A DNA stretch of 64,000 nt from Paramoeba atlantica. Its lineage: Eukaryota > Protista > Discosea. The notes below the pieces were generated by a model that was not told the DNA's origin, did not search any database, and worked only from the letters and a program-made list of their open reading frames with translations. The stretch covers positions 434,001-498,000 of the forward strand of contig CDRNVI010000012.1 of assembly GCA_977017575.1 (NCBI GenBank), read 5' to 3'. Numbering within the stretch: position 1 is the stretch's first letter; each line of letters begins with the position of its first letter. The position numbers and the translations under genes are program-made. Below, piece by piece: positions 51,668 to 61,832 of this stretch.

Positions 51668-51850
51668 TTAATTATTACTGTGTAACAGCCTGCATTCCTC
51701 TTTATTTTTTCATTGTTTTTGTTCACTTTTTGAATAATCGAGCGTAGAGCGGTAGTTATACAACCACAGCAATATGATACACTAAGGGTGGAGTGAACAT
51801 GATATTTTCACGGGGAACATGAATTGTGAGGTGAACATGCAACATCCTGC

Positions 51851-52813
51851 TCACGGGTTGAAGCCGTCATTGCAAAGGGTGAGTTCTACTGAAGACGAAT
51901 CACAAGGACTTGTCGAATAAGCAACACGCACCAACCGCTTGTCCGCGCAAGGTGTTCGCGTTATTATTAGACGTGTGGAAATATGGTTTGACCAAGATAA
52001 TCCGAAGGCAGGGACAGTATATCCATCCATACTTCTTACTTGGTTTGAAAAAATGACAGCAACATTATTTAGAATGGCAAAGCTCTTCAGTGTTACAGCG
52101 AGTTCACCAAGGAAGCTCAAAATAGAGTTGTAGTCTGGTTCCTTCAGTTGGGCCCCATATATTTCAGCAAAATCTATAGCGGCAATAGAATCTATAACTA
52201 TTAGCGACAATGGCGTCCCTGTTCGTAATAGCTCATCCGCAAGTTGCTGCATCTGAGAAAGCTGAGTTTTGATTGAACGCCAGTCGCTTTGTTGTGAAAC
52301 AATCAGTCGATCATAAACACTTTCACTCCATTTCTCCGGTACTGTGCATGAATTGAGCAACTGCGTCAATCGATCCGGTTGAAAAGATTCGGTAGAGAAG
52401 TACAGAACGCTGCCTCCATGGAGCAAGACAGAGAGAGCAGTCTGAAGAAGGAGCGTAGTTTTCCCTGCACTCGCAATGCCACATATTTCAGACAAAGTAC
52501 TACGACGAAACCCGCCCTTTAGTACGTTGTCCAAACTAAGTGAACGGGTAGATATTTTTTGAGATTTGTTTTTGAGTTGGTCCCACTGCAGAGGTCTCGG
52601 CAACAACACACTGGCAACGTTCAGAAGTAGACAGTTCCAGATATCTCGTGATATCACACACTCTACAAAGGAATACAAAAATACCGAATCTGCGGCATTA
52701 CGCATCAGAAGTTCCTCCGCGCTTCGCACGCCATTCTTAGCCAGAAAGCACTGCAGTTTTCGTATGATTTCTGCATCCAGCGTTAATTGATCCAGGAGTG
52801 GTGCTAGCAACAT
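51851..52813 (-). CDS. RAD51 paralogue (XRCC3/Rad57-like)
   Basis: LDNVLKGG, EICGIASAGKT (Walker A), LIVIDSIAA (Walker B), SNQV, PAFGLSWSNHISTRL. First ATG 52813. Confidence 0.85.
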   Translation of the reverse strand: MLLAPLLDQLTLDAEIIRKLQCFLAKNGVRSAEELLMRNAADSVFLYSFVECVISRDIWNCLLLNVASVLLPRPLQWDQLKNKSQKISTRSLSLDNVLKGGFRRSTLSEICGIASAGKTTLLLQTALSVLLHGGSVLYFSTESFQPDRLTQLLNSCTVPEKWSESVYDRLIVSQQSDWRSIKTQLSQMQQLADELLRTGTPLSLIVIDSIAAIDFAEIYGAQLKEPDYNSILSFLGELAVTLKSFAILNNVAVIFSNQVRSMDGYTVPAFGLSWSNHISTRLIITRTPCADKRLVRVAYSTSPCDSSSVELTLCNDGFNP

Positions 52814-53820
52814 TATTGGTAAGAAATATGAATTGTATTGAATAAACGTAACGTATGACAATGTTCATTGTCATATGAATAAAAACTTTTTACTCAAAGG
52901 GGTGACTCTGTGGGAGCACCTAGGATATCTTTCGTCAAAATTTTCTTCCTTTGTTTCTTAATTTTTTCCTGCAATCGGACGATACAGAAATCATACTACT
53001 GGAACTGTTATTCTGCGGGACTTAAACGAGGGTTTCGGCATGTAATACAAGTCAATGAAGCGTCTAACAATCAATAATAATCGACATTTTACTCACTATA
53101 ATTCCATGGACTTACATATGGATCCATACACGGATCCAACATCAGACTTTTATGAAGGCCTGCGTAAGTGGGTTGTGTACAGTATTAAAAGTGTGCTGAA
53201 GCGCCCATGCACTATGTCGGGAAAGCACCCATGTCAGGAAAAGGGGAGTGATATGAAGTAAAAATTTGTCATGTTAGCCCAGCATGTTCTATCCAAGGCC
53301 ATTGAGGATTTTGGACCTCTGCGAAAATGATTCCACCATGTCAGAGCTCCGGCGAAGTTTACTGGGAGCGCCTGGGCAGGAGTCACCCCTCTCACTTCTT
53401 AAATGTTTTCACGTACCCCTGTACACACTGCTTGCAGGAATAGTGGTACGGGCTGCAGACGGTGATGTTCCCGCAAAGTTTCACAGGGATTCACGTTTCA
53501 GAAAGACATCACATCTTCAGTGTGTCGACTCGTAACTCTTCTCTATTATTGTATTTGCTTTTCACACTCAAGTCTTGGTCAAGGCATTGTTCTAGTAGCT
53601 ATTCCACTTTGTACCCTCAAGACCCTATTTTTTCTACACATCTCGTAGTACAACGCAAAGTACCGTGGGCATAGGTGTCTTTAGAATTTTATACGGTCAA
53701 GCCCTCGATGCAGCCGTTCTGGAATCACCTCAACCAGGCTTCGCGAAGTTTCACGAGACTTCTCGAGGTTTCCCCCGAATCCCCTCATGTAATAAACTCA
53801 ATGGTCTCCTGCTAACTTTA

Positions 53821-54462
53821 TCAAGCCATCTGTCTTTCCAGAAACCTGGTCAATTGCGACGATTCATCGGAAGGACCAATAAAGAAATATTCGGTGTCTA
53901 TATTGCAAAACGGACAACGTACACTCATAGTGTCTATTGTTTTGGTATTCCTAATCGCACAAAGGCTTGCGTGCGATAGCACGTGTCCACACGGCGTAAG
54001 GAAAACAAACTCCTGATTGCATCCAGGATGGATTGTGGGAGTAATAGGACATGCCCATTTCTCTGCGCTATGCAGTCCTGATGAGATCACAGGGTCTAAC
54101 TGTGTTCTAGGAGAAAACAATTTTAAAGTAACCATGTGAGATAACTTTTTTATGTGGGGAACCGCTTGGAAAAATGAGTTTTCGTTCATCTTTGCATCGA
54201 AATTCTCACCGTTCATAGCCTTTTTCCTTGCTTTTTCCCGCTGCTTTCGCGAAATAACTTCTTCCAAGACAAATTCTTTATTATACAATCGCCCTTTTCC
54301 GCAGGCTACGATAGGCTCAACAAGTTCTTTGCCAGAAATCGCACAATTGGTCCATACTTCATGCTGTCTTCGAGCTCTAAGTTCTGTCAAGGAGGTGAAG
54401 GACTCCTTCTGAGTTGTTACAAGAGTGCTCCGTTTGGGCAAGGTTCCACCATCGAGACCCAT
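53821..54462 (-). CDS. RTF2: Replication termination factor 2 family (Rtf2 RING-like)
   Basis: MGLDGGTLPKR, WTNCAISG, GRLYNKE, CPIT, PCGHV, CPFC. Confidence 0.88.
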   Translation of the reverse strand: MGLDGGTLPKRSTLVTTQKESFTSLTELRARRQHEVWTNCAISGKELVEPIVACGKGRLYNKEFVLEEVISRKQREKARKKAMNGENFDAKMNENSFFQAVPHIKKLSHMVTLKLFSPRTQLDPVISSGLHSAEKWACPITPTIHPGCNQEFVFLTPCGHVLSHASLCAIRNTKTIDTMSVRCPFCNIDTEYFFIGPSDESSQLTRFLERQMA

Positions 54463-54852
54463 AGGTACTAAACGTTTCTAAATAAAATAAAGAAGGGTAG
54501 AATCAAGGGCACCATAAAAGCAGGAAACTGGCGAAAACAAGAAAAATTGAAATAAAAGGGAACGTACATGAGTCCCAGAAACGATTTCATTCGGAAATAG
54601 TGAAACAATTTATGTCTTCCACAATCTAGCATTGCCCTTTCCCAAGGCTACGGTCGGGGCTGACTCACTGTAGTCAAGTGACAAAATGCGAAGCATCAAA
54701 TAACACCCTGCGAGCTCCTCCGAGAGAGTAGACCCCGATGCAATTTTTTTCTTCCGCCCGCAACGTGATCAAGAAAGATTAGGATCCGATCTCTTACTTC
54801 TTTAAAAATGAGGACAATCCATTATACGCTCCAGAGTTAAGTGTCCGGAGTA

Positions 54853-56211
54853 TTACCCTCCAGGAGATGCCGAAGGAAGACGATAAGACCTCCCAGATCT
54901 CTGCAAAGATCTTGCGTGTGTGATTTTTGTGTGACGGAAGAACTTTCTCCTCGCGTCTGGTGCACTATACTGTGGGTTTGAGTTTACGGGTGGCAAATTA
55001 TAAAGCCCGTGACGCGGGACTCGAGATCCCTTGTCCTGAAAAAAGTACACGTGATCTGCAGCTCCGCTTTTCCATGGACGTGGCCGCGCGTTCTTTCGTA
55101 CAGCACTTTTCCAAAGTTGGTCGCCCTCTGCTTGAACGAATGAAATGCTTTCCTGGTAGTCCGCATCTTCTAAAGTCTCCTTTTTAATATTTTGCATAGT
55201 GCGCATAGTTTGATTAACTTCGGGGTCAACTTTAAAGAGACTCAGCCTCCGATCCAGGACAGTATCAACAACCTCGCGGGATCGAAAGTTCTCGTCCCAT
55301 TTGTTAATTCTCTCCAAGTCTTCCTGCGTAAATTCACGCGGACTGGAAACGTGCTTCCCCTTCGACAGGGAAGGTGCCATGTCCAGAGTGGGGTCACCTC
55401 GTAGAGTTGCCTTCGCCTCGTGAATAAGTGACACATACGGCCACGGTATCCCACTCTCTTTCGAATCCACCCCATCCTTTACACCCTCTCGGTTCCTCTG
55501 CTTCTCCCTCTGTCCCCTTTCCTTGTTCTCCCCAAGCTTGCTGTCCTCTCCCTCCCCTAGCTCAGCCACAACATCCTCCAGCGAAACCACCCCCAAACGG
55601 TAGGCGACTCGAAGCTCCTCCTCGGAGAGCTTGGTCACGTCCCCGCGGAGCTCGTGAAGCCGCCTAAGCAACCCCTCCCGCCGGGACCCACTCATCGGGT
55701 CCAATCCCGGGACGTGACGAAAATACCCCGCGGGGTTACGACGCACCACGTCGTAGAGATCCTCCGAGGCCACGCGGCGGAGGAACGCATCCCGCATCGC
55801 GACCGCGGCACGAACCCCGGAGGGGGGAGACGTGGGGGACTCAGCACTAAACACAGAGCCTTTCGTGTCTCCCGATCCTCTCGCTCCTCGGTCCCTAGCA
55901 GTCTCGTTTTCATGATTCACTCGTTCCTGCTGCTGCGGCAACACAACCGGTGCTGCTCGATTTATCACATGCTCGGTTTCTTGCGTGGGATTGGAAGAGA
56001 AGAATTGTGACCTCAGGCTCTCCCATGTATTTTTGTGTTCTTGTGTACGATTTGGTGAAGAGGGGGATAGGGGGCACTCTGTGGTCTCGTGTTCAGATAG
56101 GGGTGGGGGCTGCGATGGGGTGTGATCGGTAGAGGAAGGATCGGGGGGAAAAGGATCAAGATTGGCGATAGGTTTGCGTCGGAGATGACGCAGGAGGCTT
56201 CGTGCTAACAT
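54853..56211 (-). CDS. Hypothetical protein with mitochondrial presequence-like N-terminus
   Basis: MLARSLLRHLRR; 452-aa ORF; basic C-terminus. No domain recognised. Confidence 0.6.
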   Translation of the reverse strand: MLARSLLRHLRRKPIANLDPFPPDPSSTDHTPSQPPPLSEHETTECPLSPSSPNRTQEHKNTWESLRSQFFSSNPTQETEHVINRAAPVVLPQQQERVNHENETARDRGARGSGDTKGSVFSAESPTSPPSGVRAAVAMRDAFLRRVASEDLYDVVRRNPAGYFRHVPGLDPMSGSRREGLLRRLHELRGDVTKLSEEELRVAYRLGVVSLEDVVAELGEGEDSKLGENKERGQREKQRNREGVKDGVDSKESGIPWPYVSLIHEAKATLRGDPTLDMAPSLSKGKHVSSPREFTQEDLERINKWDENFRSREVVDTVLDRRLSLFKVDPEVNQTMRTMQNIKKETLEDADYQESISFVQAEGDQLWKSAVRKNARPRPWKSGAADHVYFFQDKGSRVPRHGLYNLPPVNSNPQYSAPDARRKFFRHTKITHARSLQRSGRSYRLPSASPGG

Positions 56212-56300
56212 GGTGAAATGGGTTTTTTAGGGGTGAGTTAGAAAGAGGGATGTGTTAGAAAACAAGGATGAAGAGAGGGCCATGTTTCAGAGAGGATAGC
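55450..56300. other. GC-rich skew-flip island E (switch near 55760)
   Basis: C-rich 55450-55700 and G-rich 55810-56300 on +; extends into the 5' flank. Confidence 0.6.
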
Positions 56301-56446
56301 TTGTATGACGAACAAAATACTTGGCCACTTTTTTAGTGGTAAACTCTTTTTCACTGACATACTTCACCACAAATCAGGGTTTTTACTGGACAGATGCCAT
56401 TTCTCTTCCCAACCGACGTCAGTTCAAGAAGGTTTGTAAACTCATT

Positions 56447-56734
56447 TTAGAATGAAGGCCGCTCTCGAACAGGCTTTCGAATGCATGACGGAATCGTCGC
56501 GTCCTCGAACGTAGTCCGCGCGGAATAGAACGAACGATGTATCGGCTGAAATACAAGCGACTGACAGTAAGCACGTAAGATCAATTGAGATCCAATGATG
56601 CCACTTATGACGGTGATTAGTGGTCGCAGACCCGCGGTATCACTGGATAAAATTAATGCTAGTGCTGGTGTGAGGAAGAGCGCTATGCCCAGTACAAGTA
56701 ACGATAAAGAAAACAAGGTCTTCTGATGGGTCAT
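56447..56734 (-). CDS. Small hypothetical two-TM membrane protein
   Basis: 95 aa, two hydrophobic segments, co-oriented with the array. Confidence 0.45.
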   Translation of the reverse strand: MTHQKTLFSLSLLVLGIALFLTPALALILSSDTAGLRPLITVISGIIGSQLILRAYCQSLVFQPIHRSFYSARTTFEDATIPSCIRKPVRERPSF

Positions 56735-56963
56735 TGTATTTTGTAAACGAAATTAAGAAAACAGTGTACTGTTAAGCCAATATAGATTCGCTAAGCAGGA
56801 AACATACAAAAAAATTCATGAGGTCAGTAACATCTGTCACCAGCCATCAGAGTGAGAAATAAACATACTGAATATACTATACTCAAGATAGCAAAGTTAG
56901 AATAAGAGTGACAATGTGAAAGATTTTTTCTAAGAAAATTCACATTTTCCTGACAAAATTTCC

Positions 56964-58625
56964 TTAACTTTCATCCCCAAGATCCTCCAAGATTATTTCC
57001 TGCGTGTGGATCGGATCAAACTGGGCACCTTCACGGCCGTAACAGGAGAGACTTCGGTACTCCCCACCGAGGGCGTACATGATTTGATCCCACAACGGCT
57101 CTCTGCGGCACATTGGGGGTTCTGGGGGAAAGATAGGCTCCAAGCGCTGCGTGTCATGACCTTGGTGGACACTTCGAAACTGTTTGCGCATCTGTAACTG
57201 CTCTGCGGTGGGAAAGTGTGTACGGGTGTCATTATGTGGTAGTTCCGTCCGTACGATCACCTCCTTCGACTCTTTCTGTGACGAGCGTTTCTTCGCGAAT
57301 ATTTTCTTGCCACGTTTCCTCAATTTCGGATCTTCATCAGGCTGAGGAATAGGAGCCTGTGCCGCGTTCTCCTCATTTTCCCGTCGCATCTTCCCCTCCG
57401 CCGTTTCTCCGGCCGGCTCGCTCCCCTGGGCACTACTCTCTACGGTTCGGAAAAACTCGGGGGACACGGTCACCGGGAACCAGAGCCCCTCCTCGAGCTC
57501 CCGCTCCAGGTTACGCCGGGACCAGTACATACACCCCCAGTAGACTCGTACCCGAGACCGCAGCTTCCCGAGCAGGTGAGTCCCGAGCCCCGAGAGTGCC
57601 TCTACCCGGCTGTAGTATAAAGACGGAACAGAGGGAACAGAGGAAGGGATTAACACGGAGTGAAGCTCAAAATTGGATTTTGAAGTAGACGAGGAAGAGG
57701 AAGCCAACCCCGAAGTTGACGATGACACATTCTCACTCGGAGTCACCAACATCTTTTCCCGTTCCCCTGAGCCACGAAACAACGAAAAAAGTCGTTTCGA
57801 GACCGAAGAAGAGGAAGAGGAGGAAGAAGAGGAAGAGGTTGACATCGAGAACCCACCTCTTTCCCCCGCCTTCCCCTCCCTCTTCCCCCCCTTCCTCCCC
57901 CCCTCCCCCTCCGCCATCACGCCCGTGTGCAGCACCCCCACCGCCGCGGTCGGGGGCAGGGTCATCTCGACATGGAACGGCCCCCCCTGGCAGATCTCGT
58001 GCCCCCACAGCACCTCGGGGAACAGCGGGTTGCCCTTGGTGATGCCCACGGTGTAGGGCAGGTCGAGCACGAGGCCGGTCACGAGGTCGTGCTGGTGCTC
58101 GACCAGCATCACCACGCGGCGGTCGTAGTGGGAGGTCCCGAGGGGGTGGGAGAGGAGAACGGTGCCGGGGCGGAGCACCGGGGAGGGCTGGAGGTGCGCA
58201 CGGAACCGCGAGCCTGGAGTGTCAAGCTGCGTACAGGTGCGTTGCTGGGGGGGGGAGAGGGCGGGGGGGTGCGCGACCCGGGTGAGTGTTTTGAAGGCGG
58301 GTGAGGCTTTTAGCATGTGTTGCATGTGTTGGATGACCTCGAACCCGGCCTGGATTTCCTCGTTGGTGCGGGGTTGTGAGGAGGGGTTACGGAACTCGTG
58401 ACGGATGCGCTCGACGTAGGAGAGGGAGTTGGGTTTGTAGAGCATGGAGGAGCCGGTGCCGAGGACACGTTGGAGGACGGGGTTGGTGAGGGGGTAGACT
58501 ACTTTGAGGTAGGGACGGTCGTCGAATTGGTGGGCGACGCGTAGGATGCAGCGGTACATGGTGTGGATCATTTTGCGATCCAGAGCGATGGGTCGCGTGG
58601 TGCCGGAAACGGGTGCAGGGAGCAT
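56964..58625 (-). CDS. DUF179 (YqgE/AlgH-like) domain protein
   Basis: PGTVLLSHP, RRVVMLVEH, GLVLD, GGP, VYWGCMYWSRRNLERELEEGLW. First ATG 58625. Confidence 0.75.
   Translation of the reverse strand: MLPAPVSGTTRPIALDRKMIHTMYRCILRVAHQFDDRPYLKVVYPLTNPVLQRVLGTGSSMLYKPNSLSYVERIRHEFRNPSSQPRTNEEIQAGFEVIQHMQHMLKASPAFKTLTRVAHPPALSPPQQRTCTQLDTPGSRFRAHLQPSPVLRPGTVLLSHPLGTSHYDRRVVMLVEHQHDLVTGLVLDLPYTVGITKGNPLFPEVLWGHEICQGGPFHVEMTLPPTAAVGVLHTGVMAEGEGGRKGGKREGKAGERGGFSMSTSSSSSSSSSSSVSKRLFSLFRGSGEREKMLVTPSENVSSSTSGLASSSSSTSKSNFELHSVLIPSSVPSVPSLYYSRVEALSGLGTHLLGKLRSRVRVYWGCMYWSRRNLERELEEGLWFPVTVSPEFFRTVESSAQGSEPAGETAEGKMRRENEENAAQAPIPQPDEDPKLRKRGKKIFAKKRSSQKESKEVIVRTELPHNDTRTHFPTAEQLQMRKQFRSVHQGHDTQRLEPIFPPEPPMCRREPLWDQIMYALGGEYRSLSCYGREGAQFDPIHTQEIILEDLGDES
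57350..58625. other. GC-rich skew-flip island F (switch near 58030)
   Basis: C-rich then G-rich on +, with a poly-Ser-coding interruption at about 57680-57840. Confidence 0.75.
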
Positions 58626-58862
58626 GGACAAAGAGGAAGAAAATTTAGTAATGAATGCAACTTTCCGTGATGTTTGAAAAAATTCATGGAGACTTATGAT
58701 ACTTGTACTTTAGAGATCATAAAATATAAAAATAAACCCATCTCATTTTTTCGTGAAAAAGGCGCTTAAAGGGAGTCTCTCACTCCACTAAAAGGCCTTC
58801 GGCACCGCACAACAGTGTAGAGCGGCGCTAAAATCTATACCTAACAAAACAAAATCAAAGAA

Positions 58863-58980
58863 GAATTCTTTTTTGTTCCCTCGCTAGACCCTCTTTTTGT
58901 TCCCTCCCTATACCCCTTTTTTTGTTCACTCCCTAAACCTACCCCTTGTAGGTTTAGGTAACTCCTTGTTCCCTCCCTAC
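58863..58980. repeat. Degenerate repeats (tttttgttccctccct) with an embedded 11-bp hairpin
   Basis: Four copies, plus one near 59725; cctaaacctac/gtaggtttagg at 58932-58958. Confidence 0.75.
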
Positions 58981-59176
58981 TACTTAACACACTACCCCGC
59001 GCCCCGCTATCGCACCCCGCGGCAGTAGCAATCATGTACCGCAATCCTGTATAATCTGGGCAGTGCCCTTCTGGATAGACACGCTTCTGGTCATCCGCAC
59101 ACAGAAAGTGTGAACAAGCATCCGTTTCTATCGGACGTGTTGGCCCGGGCCAACAAGTTCATGGTCTCAATGTATC

Positions 59177-59930
59177 TTCAGTCCGTGATGCTCGTGAGAT
59201 TTGTTGTCATAAATGTTCAAGTGTTTGACAGTGAATAGTCATCATGTGAAGTCTACTGAATACATACAGCATGATTTCAAATTTTTAAAAACATTCAATT
59301 TTTTTTTGATCTACACTAAATCCTAGACCCACTGCCTTACCCCCGTACCCCGCGGCGGTACCATTCTTGTTCCGCCGCCTGAATAATCTGGGCATTGCCC
59401 CTCTGAACGGCCACCCCTATAGCCATCAACATATGCGAGAGGCACCGTTTTTGTCCGAAGTGTGGGCCCTCGCCACCTTCCGGAGAAAGTCCAGGGTATC
59501 AGGGCCCGGAATCCCATAGGTTGTGAACGATAGGGGGTGGAATTCTATCTCTCTCGCTTGCGCCATGTCGTTGTGGGCGTGACGTTTGTTGGCTTCAGCC
59601 GTCCTAAGGGTATGGGACGGCTCGGCGGCCTCCTTCCCGACGGAGGTAAAAGAAATAGTTCATTTGTTTCGGTAAAAGGGGGAGCAGACAATGCATATCT
59701 GTCCCCCCCGACCTCTGCATATTTTTTTCTGTTCCCTCCCTAAACTTGCTTTTTTCCTTCAATAAAGAATCGTATGGGGCATTGTACAAAATGTTGTCAA
59801 TGAATCCTTCAAGTAAATAAGAGCACTTCTTCAGTCCGTGATGCTCGTGAAATTTGTTATCATAATTTTTCAAGTGTTTGACAGTGAATAGTCATCATGT
59901 GAAGTCTACTGAATGCATACGATATGATTC
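59177..59930. repeat. About 100-bp direct repeat pair (59177-59278 and 59829-59930)
   Basis: tcttcagtccgtgatgctcgtga...ttcaagtgtttgacagtgaatagtcatcatgtgaagtctactgaat in both copies. Confidence 0.9.
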
Positions 59931-59949
59931 CGACTTTGATACAAACATT

Positions 59950-60620
59950 TAAAATGAAACGTTCATTCGTCTCGATAAAAATAGAGATGCAGACAATTCA
60001 AGAATCTAAAAGGGTCAAGAAATTTGCAGCCGGACTGAGACATTCTTTTGGAATTAAAGAATGTACCAAGAGAGGTCGGAGAATGAGAATAACTGAGGCG
60101 CACAAGTTAAAGCGCATTAATTTGGCCAACACTTTGCTTGGCCTCAGGCAACTCTGAATAAAATCATTTAGAAAAATGAGAAATTGTTTGATTGCGGTGT
60201 TCACGAGTCTTCTCAATTTTACATCGCCCCAAAAGATGGTCAAGGAAAATCAACCCGAACAAATCGGAGGTGGTGTTGGGGAAAGGGGGTGATGGCTTGG
60301 TTGGGGATAAGTGATGATCATGGGCTCTTTTCGCATGTATTTGAGCCCAATGGTGGGTGCACATACGAGAATACACACAAAGTCTCTGGGGAAGTGATTC
60401 TTCAGTCATTCGAGAGGTTTCATGGAGTACCTTGTGGGACACGCGTCTAATGTTACATTACAAATGGGCAACGCCACTACGCACAATTTGGCGAAAGCAA
60501 AAGTCTCCAGTGAAAACATTGCTCTGCTGGACTGTTTCCCCAATTCCTCCGACCCCCAATACTTGGCTCGACAACTGTGCCTGTCACCACATTTCCAATA
60601 ATAACCCTGATGAAAACACT
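59950..60620 (+). pseudogene. Tc1/mariner transposase pseudogene
   Basis: ITEAHKLKRINLA, GVMAWLGIS, LQMGNATTH (DNA..H with D>G), LLDCFPNSSDPN; stops and frameshifts. Confidence 0.75.
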
Positions 60621-60913
60621 GCGTCCCTTCTGCGTGGCGTGGTCTTCTGTTAAACCATGGTATTATATCTTCTTCGCTCTAAAAGAGCTAAAAAAGATGT
60701 TGAAAATACAGTAAGTTAAATGAATTAAAAGCGTAAACTTCTTATTAAATATTTTTTTTGCGCAATTTAGGTTGTTTTCCTCCAAAAAAGCTTTTACTGC
60801 CTTAAAAAGATCCCGCTATAAACAAAACGTTATGAACTTAATTAATTGAGTTCTAAACAGACTCAGAAAGGTATTACAAAATTCTGGAGGACACTGTGGA
60901 TACTAACATACTG

Positions 60914-60985
60914 CCCCCCCCGTTTAAGCGCACCTCGTTTTCCGTGAAAAGTGTGCCTAAACGGGGGAGTCTGAATCACTACATA
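60914..60985. repeat. Hairpin-bearing transposon end; second copy at 63941-64000
   Basis: cccc(c/t)gtttaagcgcac-loop-gtg(t/a)gc(c/t)taaacggggg followed by gtctgaatcactac(a/g)TA in both copies. Confidence 0.75.
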
Positions 60986-61580
60986 AATAGTACAACGTTT
61001 ACCATACCTTTATGGGTCCCCTGGGTCCGGACCCACCCGGGTCCTCGGACCCACGGACCCACCATAGAGACATACCATTTTTCATTCACGTAAGCTTTAC
61101 GTATACAACGTTTTTTCCTCCATTTTACTGTCTTTTTCCAAGTTTCATATTTATCAAAATCTTGTTTTGGCTGTTTTTCGGGTCACCATATGAGCACCAG
61201 GGAGTCCCTATGAAAACAAGGAGGCAAAGCCCTTCACTAGGGGAACGAGAGAAACCACGGTATATTCGACCCCAAAGTTACCGAAAAACTGTTCCCGGAA
61301 TTGTAAGATTACAGAACTCATGGTTACGAAAGGCACACTAAACGTAACACTGAATGAATTTAACATCATTTCGTGTGAAAAAAACTGGGATAGGGTGATA
61401 GCACTAAAACTTGTATGTCGCGCCATTCATTTGTTACAATTCACTGTGTCCTTAATCAGTCAGTGTGGGGGATGTAGTATGCTGCCAGGCGATCTATAAT
61501 AAAATTGTAATCAAATGATAAGTACATGTGTATGTACTCAAAAGGCTTCTCAGATTTTTCAAAGAAATTCTACCCTGCGC

Positions 61581-61677
61581 TCTATGCATATTTAATATGC
61601 ATAGACATATTTAATATGTCAGACATAGAGTATAGACATTGTAATAATATTACAATGTCTATACTCTATGTCTGACA
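61581..61677. repeat. Chain of three overlapping perfect palindromes
   Basis: 61581-61605 (12-bp arms), 61604-61620 (8-bp arms), 61617-61677 (30-bp arms); each has a 1-nt spacer. Confidence 0.9.
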
Positions 61678-61832
61678 AGGCTCCCCGTCCGCTTGGCGTG
61701 GTATTAAAGGCTACGTAATCTAGACGCGACAGGGTTCTTATGACGAGTATGGTCTTAAGCTCTAGTCTAGAACGCTAAAGTAGAGCTTTGACCACAGCGC
61801 GACAAAAATCACTGTCGTGTAAAGTCACTGTG

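Noticed and set aside
43959-54462. Apparent cluster of genome-stability genes (SLX4-like, XRCC3-like, RTF2)
   Set aside because: Kinetoplastid arrays are not functionally clustered, and three genes among unrelated neighbours is compatible with chance.
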